A DNA stretch of 64,000 bases from an uncultured Clostridia bacterium (GTDB lineage Bacteria; Bacillota; Clostridia; TANB77; CAG-465), in assembly GCA_944388545.1 (NCBI GenBank), contig CALXJE010000040.1, positions 13,938 to 77,937 on the forward strand, written 5' to 3'. The notes under the pieces are model-generated. The model did no database searches. It was not told where the DNA came from and saw only the letters and a list, made by a program, of their open reading frames with translations. Below are positions 62,786 to 64,000 of this stretch, one piece after another. Position 1 is the stretch's first letter. Each line of letters starts with the position of its first letter. A program made the position numbers and the translations under genes.

Positions 62786-62862
62786 TGGTGGGCCTTCAGG
62801 GATTCGAACCCCGGACCAACCGGTTATGAGCCGGTTGCTCTGACCAACTGAGCTAAAGGCCC
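62786..62862 (-). tRNA. tRNA-Met (CAT), elongator-type; tRNA-Ile2/lysidine cannot be excluded
   Basis: GGGCCTTTAGCTCAGTTGGTCAGAGCAACCGGCTCATAACCGGTTGGTCCGGGGTTCGAATCCCTGAAGGCCCACCA. Anticodon stem lacks the three G-C pairs of initiators. Confidence 0.85.
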
Positions 62863-63027
62863 ACATTTAGCTACAGCATGTTAATATTATAATTGTTATT
62901 TATTAATATGTCAATAGATTTTTATAAAAAACTTAAATTTCTTTTGAAGACCTTAATTAAAAATTTAGATTATCTTTTGAAATTAAATAAAAGTATATAG
63001 CTTCATACTATATACTTTATATCTATT

Positions 63028-64000
63028 CTATTTATCTGTACTCATAAAGTCCTTTAATCTCTTACTTCTACTTGGATGTCTAAGCTTTCTTAATGCTTTT
63101 GCTTCTATCTGTCTTATTCTTTCACGAGTAACCATAAACTCTTTTCCTACTTCTTCTAATGTTCTAGTTCTCCCATCTTCAAGTCCAAATCTTAATCTAA
63201 GAACTTTTGCTTCTCTTGGAGTAAGTGTTTCCATTACATCTTCTATTTGCTCTCTTAAAAGCACGTCTGCTGCTTGATCAGATGGCGATGGTGCATCATC
63301 ATCTGGGATAAAATTACCAATATTACTATCCTCTTCTTCACCTACAGGTGTTTCTAAAGATATTGGCTCTTGAGCTATTTTTAATATTTCTCTCACCTTT
63401 TCTACTGGCATTTCCATTTCTTCTGCTATCTCTTCTGGAGTTGGCTCTCTTCCCATAACTTGAAGTAAGTGTCTAGATGTTCTTATTAATCTATTTATTG
63501 TTTCTACCATATGTACAGGTATTCTTATAGTTCTTGCTTGATCAGCTATAGATCTAGTTATGGCCTGTCTAATCCACCATGTAGCATAAGTACTAAATTT
63601 ATATCCTTTTGACGGATCAAATTTATCAACTGCCTTTATAAGGCCAAGATTTCCTTCTTGAATTAAATCTAAGAAATGCATTCCTCTACCTATATATCTT
63701 TTAGCAATACTTACTACTAATCTTAGATTAGACTCCACTAGTATTTTTTTAGCTTCTTTATCACCATTTACCATTTTAAATGCAAGATCTGTTTCTTCTT
63801 CTAGAGAAAGAAGTGGTATTTTACCTATTTCTTTTAAAAACATTCTTACAGGATCATCTACATTTAATGTCTCAGTAAATGACATATCATTTATATCTTC
63901 TAATAATATATCTTTTTCTATCTCGCTTATATCTTCCAAATTAGGTTCTATTTCAAGTTCTGCAATTGATGTTGTTGCATCTCCATTAGTAAGCTTTTCG
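63028..64000 (-). CDS. sigA: RNA polymerase sigma factor SigA/RpoD (C-terminal about 320 aa; N-terminus beyond window end)
   Basis: Regions 2-4: [55 protein letters not shown]..., helix-turn-helix [31 protein letters not shown] open to the window edge. Confidence 0.9.
   Translation of the reverse strand, partial: EKLTNGDATTSIAELEIEPNLEDISEIEKDILLEDINDMSFTETLNVDDPVRMFLKEIGKIPLLSLEEETDLAFKMVNGDKEAKKILVESNLRLVVSIAKRYIGRGMHFLDLIQEGNLGLIKAVDKFDPSKGYKFSTYATWWIRQAITRSIADQARTIRIPVHMVETINRLIRTSRHLLQVMGREPTPEEIAEEMEMPVEKVREILKIAQEPISLETPVGEEEDSNIGNFIPDDDAPSPSDQAADVLLREQIEDVMETLTPREAKVLRLRFGLEDGRTRTLEEVGKEFMVTRERIRQIEAKALRKLRHPSRSKRLKDFMSTDK

Overview
AT-rich (about 26-28% GC by eye), Firmicutes/Clostridia-like chromosomal segment. 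Almost all genes are on the minus strand, consistent with one replichore. Most of the window is conserved housekeeping: cysS, thrS, queH, ruvB, murA, a WalJ-like MBL hydrolase, rlmH, an abrB-like regulator, smpB, a dacF-like carboxypeptidase, rsmE, the hrcA-grpE-dnaK-dnaJ heat-shock operon with a CIRCE operator, rnhB, rsmI, a trmN6-like methyltransferase, dinB, pyrG, pnp, alr, mfd, tRNA-Tyr, tRNA-Met and a partial sigA. Between these sit several accessory or unusual loci. (1) A cryptic seven- to eight-gene minus-strand operon (51.5-61.2 kb) reads like an amino-acid-derived small-molecule biosynthetic cluster. It encodes a VOC/glyoxalase-family protein, a PaaK-like adenylate-forming ligase, a non-canonical Cx8CxxC radical-SAM-like enzyme, a threonine-synthase-like PLP enzyme, a class I/II aminotransferase, an arginase-family ureohydrolase, an ABC-F ATPase and a DAP-decarboxylase-like fold-III PLP decarboxylase. 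It is flanked by an internally deleted IS element with 67-bp perfect terminal inverted repeats and by a decayed toxin-antitoxin locus. (2) An approximately 560-nt non-coding region with its own consensus sigma-A promoter lies immediately upstream of a four-TM protein carrying a DxxxD motif. This matches the OLE RNA / oapA arrangement. (3) A cytosolic protein fuses a Clp-N domain, a single ClpA-D1-type AAA+ module and an FtsH-type M41 zinc-peptidase domain, with no transmembrane segment. (4) A 59-aa microprotein contains about 18 cysteines arranged in CC/CCC runs. (5) Two paralogous membrane-anchored proteins with near-identical pilin-like N-termini carry FGE-sulfatase (SUMF1-type) C-terminal domains. 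(6) A two-gene cassette of unknown function has translationally coupled ORFs. (7) A class B sortase sits next to a surface protein with an NPNTS sorting signal. (8) A TIGR03960-like protein has lost its radical-SAM cysteine motif and is unlinked from its usual DUF2344 partner. No CRISPR array, rRNA or prophage was seen.
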